Assembly: GCA_965235115.1 (NCBI GenBank)
Contig: OZ249436.1
Location: 37,636,001 to 37,700,000, forward strand
Length of the DNA: 64,000 nucleotides
Direction: 5' to 3'
DNA from: Laetmonice hystrix
Taxonomy: Eukaryota
The position numbers and the translations under genes were made by a program. Below the pieces are notes generated by a model. The model was not told the origin of the DNA. It made no database searches and saw only the letters and a list, made by a program, of their open reading frames with translations. Shown one piece after another: positions 58,441 through 64,000 of this stretch. The number at the start of each line of letters is the position of its first letter. Position 1 is the first letter of the stretch.

Positions 58441-60175
58441 CGGTGGCCGGTTAGTGAAAACGACGATTACAAAAGAGGAAACACGTTTACAAATTAAAAA
58501 CGACGAATGCAAAAGAGAAAACACGTTTACAAATTAAAAACGACGAATGCAAAAGAGAAAACACAAACGCAAAAGTTAGAACGGCGATTACAAAACAGAA
58601 ACCACGACCACAAATTCAAAAACGCAAAAACAAAAGAGAAAACACAAACGCAAACGCCAAAACGGCAATTACAAAACAAAAACCGCGAAACAAATTCAAA
58701 CACGCAAATGCAAGAGAGAGATCACAAACGCGAACAACAAGTTGGCGTGTAGCACGCTTACAAGAATGGTATCCATGTTCGGGGCCCAGGGACGACCAGG
58801 GCGAGTCTAAGTGGACAGGGGTGTTTGCACTCTGAGTAGTTCTGGCGATACTGAGACGCTGCGGTAGGAGATTGGCATAAGGGAGCCAAAGTCTCGGACA
58901 TGCGCAACTCGTTCCAATTCCTACTAGGGCGGAAACTGTCCACGGGTGTGACTAATTACCGAAATCTACCGGAATATACCGAAATCTACCGGAATATACC
59001 GAAATCCAGAAACCCCATGACTAATTACCGAAATCGACCCCCAAAATTACCGAAATCGACCTCTAGTTGTGTTTGAGAGCCCCCAAACTTACTGAAATCG
59101 ACCTCTAATTGACTTTATAGGAGCCCCCAAATTACCGAATTCGACATCTAGTGTTGTTTGGGAGCCCCCAAACTTATCGAAATCGACCTCTAGTTGTGTT
59201 TGGGAGCCCCCAGATTTCGGTAAGTTTGGGGGCTCCCAAACCCAATTAGAGGTCGATTTCGGTAAGTTTGGGGGCTCCCAAACCCAATTAGAGTGGGTCG
59301 ATTTCCGTAAGTTTGGGGACTCCCAAACACAACTAGAGGTCGATTTCGGAAGTTTGGGGGGTCCCAAACACAACTAGAGGTCCATTTCGGGAAGTTTGGG
59401 GGCTCCCAAACACAACTAGAGGTCCATTTCGGTAAGTTTGGGGGTCGACTTCGGTAATTAGTCATGGGGTTTCTGAATTCCGGTAGATTCCGGTAGATTT
59501 CGGTAATTAGTCACACCGGTGCGGGGGTCGGTGCCCCCGGCCGGTGCCCCCGCCCCACCCCGGCAACGCCCCCCCCCCCGACAATGACCCCCTAAATCCG
59601 CGCCTGGCCCGTTGGATCCGCCACTGCATGGATGGAGGAGCCACGCCAAAGCCCAAACACGCTAAAAAGGTTGCCTTTGGAACGAGTTTGATAATGTGCC
59701 TCCCAACTCGAAGTCGAAGTTTACGTCGAAGTCGAAGTCGAAGTTATGGTCGGTGTCTCAGTAAATGTATGTACATCGAGCTGGAAGTCGAAGACTTTCC
59801 CTTCAGGTATTCCATAGCAAGCCTCGGTAGATGTCACCTCAGCTCATCCCTGTCCCACATTTACACTTAGACTCGTCCTGGTCGACTCTCGGCCCGGAAC
59901 ATGGATATCCTTTTTGTAAACGTGCTTCACGCCAAGTTGTTGTTTGTGGTGTGAGAGGGATTTGTATTCATCGTTTTTGCTTTTGTATTTGTCGTTTTGA
60001 ATTTGTATTCTTCGTTTTGAATTTGTATTTGTCGTTTTTGCTTTTGTATTTGTCGTTTTGCTTTTGTATTCGTCGTTTTAAATTTGTATTTGTCGTTTTG
60101 CTTTTGTATTTGTCGTTTTGCTTTTGTATTTGTCGTTTTGAATTTGTATTCGTCGTTGGCACTAATCGGCCACCG
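58441..60175. mobile_element. Foldback-like element with TA flanks and modular inverted arms
   Basis: TA-CGGTGGCCGGTTAGTG...CACTAATCGGCCACCG-TA. The arms contain ~20-bp subrepeats (aaaacgacaaatacaaaagc) and a matching unique segment (58735-58815 vs 59863-59945). Confidence 0.75.
58945..59517. repeat. Nested palindromic element made of ~39-bp subrepeats
   Basis: GGTGTGACTAATTACCGAAATCTACCGGAAT...ATTCCGGTAGATTTCGGTAATTAGTCACACC; orientation flips at ~59210. Confidence 0.8.
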
Positions 60176-60983
60176 TACTTTTCAATATACATTGAACAAA
60201 AATATAAACGCAACGCTTTATTTTTTTTCAATATAAACGCAACGCTTTATTTTTTTTTTCAATATTCCGCAAAATTATTTCTGTGATTGACTTGGTGGGT
60301 TTTCATTAGGTGACCAAGGTTGTGTGCTACTGGTCTGTGTACAGTTCAGTCACCTTCGCCATATCATTGTCCATTTCATGCCCTTTGTGAAAATTGGCCC
60401 GTCAGTAAGGGGCCTGATCCAGAGCTTGAAATCAGGTATGGTCAACCCAGGCACACCCTGTCTTCTGGTCAATGAAAGGTCAACCCAAAAGTCACAGTTG
60501 AGCCATTTTTCAAAATGCCACCGATGATTCAAAACCTAAGGTTCTAACGTATCTTGAATTTCATTTACAATTCTAAACGGCCTGCGATATCATGGCTACA
60601 TATCAGCGAGTATATTGTTTATCATGTGGCTGTGGTCATTTATCATTATTCTACCGAGTTACCGAGTGCTATTCTAATCTCTCTTGCATAAGGTTTCTAC
60701 ACAAAACACGGACAACTGATGCGATGGTTACCGTTATTATAGAACGATTGACTAAGGTTAATTCTGACAAGTATATAGTTAAATATATTGTATGAATGAA
60801 AGTAATAAATACATCAGCGAGCTCATCATCTTCCGTCATTTTCAAAGGTCGAGGCTCTACACTGCTATTATTTCATCTGGTTGAAGCTGATGGCGAAAAT
60901 GTGAGAAAATCGATTGTACGGTTATTGTCTGTTTTAGAAAACCGGACTGAGCATTTCCTCAGAGCAGTAACGTAGAACACTAA

Positions 60984-61730
60984 AGCTGCTTGTACCTGAA
61001 CACGGTATACGGAACGCGGAAAACGGAATGCGTATAGGCCTAGACGTCTGATCGCTCTAAACGGGTTTCCCTAAAGATATCCGTTTATATGGCCACGGTG
61101 TGCGGAACAAGGAACGCGGGATGCGGAGGCGGAGGCGGGCGCGGGCGGAAAAAATCGATCCAACGTATTTCCCTTTAGCTGTCTCCACGACGCGGGTGCG
61201 GCTGCGGAGCGGGTGGACGGGCGCGGACGCGTTTGTTTTATTGCTCATGTAGGCCAAATGAAACACCAGCATTTACCTCAGGGCAATAAATGCCACAATT
61301 ACGTTGTCTGAATGAAGTAATTAACGAGTCACCGCCCAATGTATGACGCCGCTGGTTCTTACCTTGACCTTCTTGTGTGTTCATCAGAGCCGAATGCTGC
61401 ACACCGCGGCGTATTGCGTAACATTACCTGTTACTCTGCTCACAGACCTTGTCCACACGATGTTTGGAGTCCCAGTCTTTGTAAACGTTTGTAAACGTCC
61501 GAGGTGTTGAACACACAAGTAGAACCAGCGGCGTCACACATCGGGCAGTTACACGTTAATTACTCCATTCAGACAACGTAATTGTGACATTTATTGCCCT
61601 GAGGTAAATGCTGGTGTTTCATTTGGTCTACGAAACCTTATTTACCGTGGGTGTTTACCCTGCCTTTAACGCGGTATGGGCGCTACACCGCATTCCGTGT
61701 TCCGCAGACCGTGTTCAGGTAAAGGCAGCT
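60984..61730. mobile_element. MITE-like inverted repeat with a nested second MITE
   Basis: AGCTGCTTGTACCTGAACACGG...CCGTGTTCAGGTAAAGGCAGCT. Confidence 0.6.
61252..61628. mobile_element. MITE with ~110-bp TIRs and TA flanks
   Basis: TA-GGCCAAATGAAACACCAGCATTTACCTCAGGGCAATAAATG...CATTTATTGCCCTGAGGTAAATGCTGGTGTTTCATTTGGTC-TA. Confidence 0.8.
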
Positions 61731-62784
61731 GTGGCGTGTCGCCAATACATCCGCAGGAGGCCTATAAACATTTGTTGGAGAAATCCTGTGCACGAATTAC
61801 TTTTGCAAGACTTTGTACCCACAAGTCTATAACAAAATAGATAAATTACTATACCAAAGAGCATAATAAAGGATATAAAAGTACATATGTATACATGCAT
61901 ATTATACGAGTACATTGAGGGGGATGCATTTGTCTCCCATCCTGTGTTCGATGTATGTCTAGCCAGCAGCTGGCGGCCTGGCAAGCTCTCTAATAACAGC
62001 TGTGTGTTGCCAACTATTCGAGGAGATTTTCAAAGTATAGTTCCAGGCCTGCCTCTGTGATAAAGAGTTATTACAATACAGCTGCACTCAACAGGGTGCA
62101 GGTGAATCGAACTCATATCAGTTGGCTTCTATATCGTGACAGGTATAAACTGCCATCGGCGGGGTTTAGATATAATGTATAGAAAATAAAATAAATAAGA
62201 TACATGTGTCTATGATGACCGTCTATGAAAACCGCCTTCCTGTATTTCCATCTATAGATAAAAACAAACACATCACATTAGTCTACATTGGGAGACTACT
62301 TTTTGAAGAAATGTCTATGGTGGCTTGGAGGTGAGTTAATAGTTGTTGGAAAGACTAATCATGACCTAAGGATGGTATTCTTCACAAACGGGGGGTGGGT
62401 GAGTGAAAGAGGGATGGAAAAAATTAAAAAGACATAAAATCTTTAAACAAGTATAGCTCATTTATTTAATTGAGGGAGGCCGGGAAAGGCTCAAACCTCC
62501 AAATCCCAATATCTGGTCCTTTAAGTAGTGTGTGTGTGGGGGGGGGGCATTAATAGCCTATCAGTATTTGCGAGACAACACGTAGTATGTCGTTATTACG
62601 ACTTAGTAGTAGAACAAATTAATTTAATTTAATTAATTAATTAATTAAATTTCATCGGCCGACTCGTGAATCAGCCGAAAAAAGTTTGACATGACGTCAA
62701 GCTTTTCTGTTCGGCCGACTTTTCCCAGCGATTGAGAAAAATCGGCCGACTCTGAAATAATAGCACATGCAGTGGGAACGCGGC

Positions 62785-63364
62785 TTAAAGGGAAATGTGA
62801 GTGTTCAAAGCGCCACCTAGTGAGTCGCGTTGGTACCACACGGGAAATATGAGTATTCAAAGCGCCGCGTAGTGAGCTTTAACAGAAAAATGTTTGGCTT
62901 ATTTATGCAGTCAACTAGTTTGATGTGGAAATCAGTAGTATTTTTTAAATGATGAACCAAACTGTGTGCCAGAACCTGTCTACTCCATTGAATGCTACAG
63001 TTAAGACCCGTGTTTTACCAAGGCACTGACTGTTTGGCAGGCTGTAACTTTCTTTTTGATTCGGTGACCCCCAATTTATTTTGTTTTAAACTATTAGTCC
63101 TGATCCACTTTATCTTGTGACCGAGTTTCAGGAGAAAATTGGTGGTCATTTTTTAACTATTAGTCAAAATGTCTGAAAAATCCTGTTTTTCCTATTGAAA
63201 CCTATAGTAAAGACCCATTTTTTACGGAGGCCTGTATAAAAAAATCTAATTCGGTGACATATGATTTTTTTTGTTTCTTTGTATTCCTAAGGACAAAGGC
63301 TATCCCCCATAAAAATATTTTGAAAATTCTAGTGGTCGATTCGAACACTCACATTTCCCTTTAA
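62785..63364. mobile_element. MITE with TTAA ends (Kolobok-like)
   Basis: TTAAAGGGAAATGTGAGTGTTC...GAACACTCACATTTCCCTTTAA. Confidence 0.7.
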
Positions 63365-64000
63365 GTGCAACTTGTTCTTTGCCGCGATTTTTACTGACAT
63401 GATTCAACGTCACACTGCTATTTTGGTAACTTGTCTCGCGCGCGAGATGCAGTCACATGGAAATGTTTCCAGGCGCCTGCGTGCGGAAACGCGTAGGCCT
63501 ACATGGAGTACCATACACAAAATTTCGGTAATAAGGACTTATTTTTGCCCTTACTCTATTCAAATTGCAATTAACATCAGGCTATTTGGTGTTTATACTA
63601 ACTAGCATCTAAATTAGTAAGCTTTTATCAATATGGGCCCGGGTCGTCACCTAATGAAATAGATGCTGTCTCAACGATTTACCCACGCTCACATTCGCGC
63701 CCATTGCTGAAATAAACACTCACAGATCCTGCACGGAGCCTGGGTAAGCCGCAGGGGACCAGGCACAGCTTGCCGAACTATGGGCCTATTTCTTTTGAGA
63801 AGCTATCTGGCAGATTTCCCCGTGCCTAACCGGTGGTTAATAGAAATACAAACACCCAGCGTAAGTTTAAATAAAGAAATATCACCGCTTGATACCCCTC
63901 TTCGATAGGCCTAGGCCTACTATTATGTCACTGGCGTAGTAAGCTAACGAGTGAGGTGGCGCGCATGTTCCTATTTGGGCCGTGAGTGATTATGTAATCT

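Noticed and set aside
58507..60286. Lys/Thr-rich and Phe/Cys-rich ORFs
   Set aside because: These are translations of the foldback element's 20-bp and 39-bp subrepeats.

Overview
Eukaryotic (invertebrate-like) genomic DNA, mostly intronic and transposon-derived. (1) 1-42876 is a nest of non-autonomous Helentron/DINE-1-like (HINE) elements from several families, all on the - strand and built from ~146-bp subrepeats. They appear to have inserted into one another's (AAT)n tract, leaving a last-in-first-out stack of displaced termini at 42578-42876. (2) Inside one of them is a young LTR retrotransposon (30676-38522; 940-bp LTRs, tRNA-His PBS) that encodes Gag plus protease but no recognisable RT or integrase. 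(3) 43416-51731 is a compact 8.3-kb Polinton/Maverick-type element (~455-bp TIRs, 6-bp TSD). It has only three intact genes (protein-primed PolB, A32-like packaging ATPase, chromo-integrase), no capsid genes, and a candidate minimal HDV-like (CPEB3-type) ribozyme downstream of its last gene. (4) A spliced host gene on the - strand encodes a Domeless/gp130-like FN3 cytokine-receptor ectodomain (exons 56933 to 43033). The Polinton sits in one of its introns. (5) MITEs and foldback elements lie on the right. All calls come from reading the sequence; no database searches were run.
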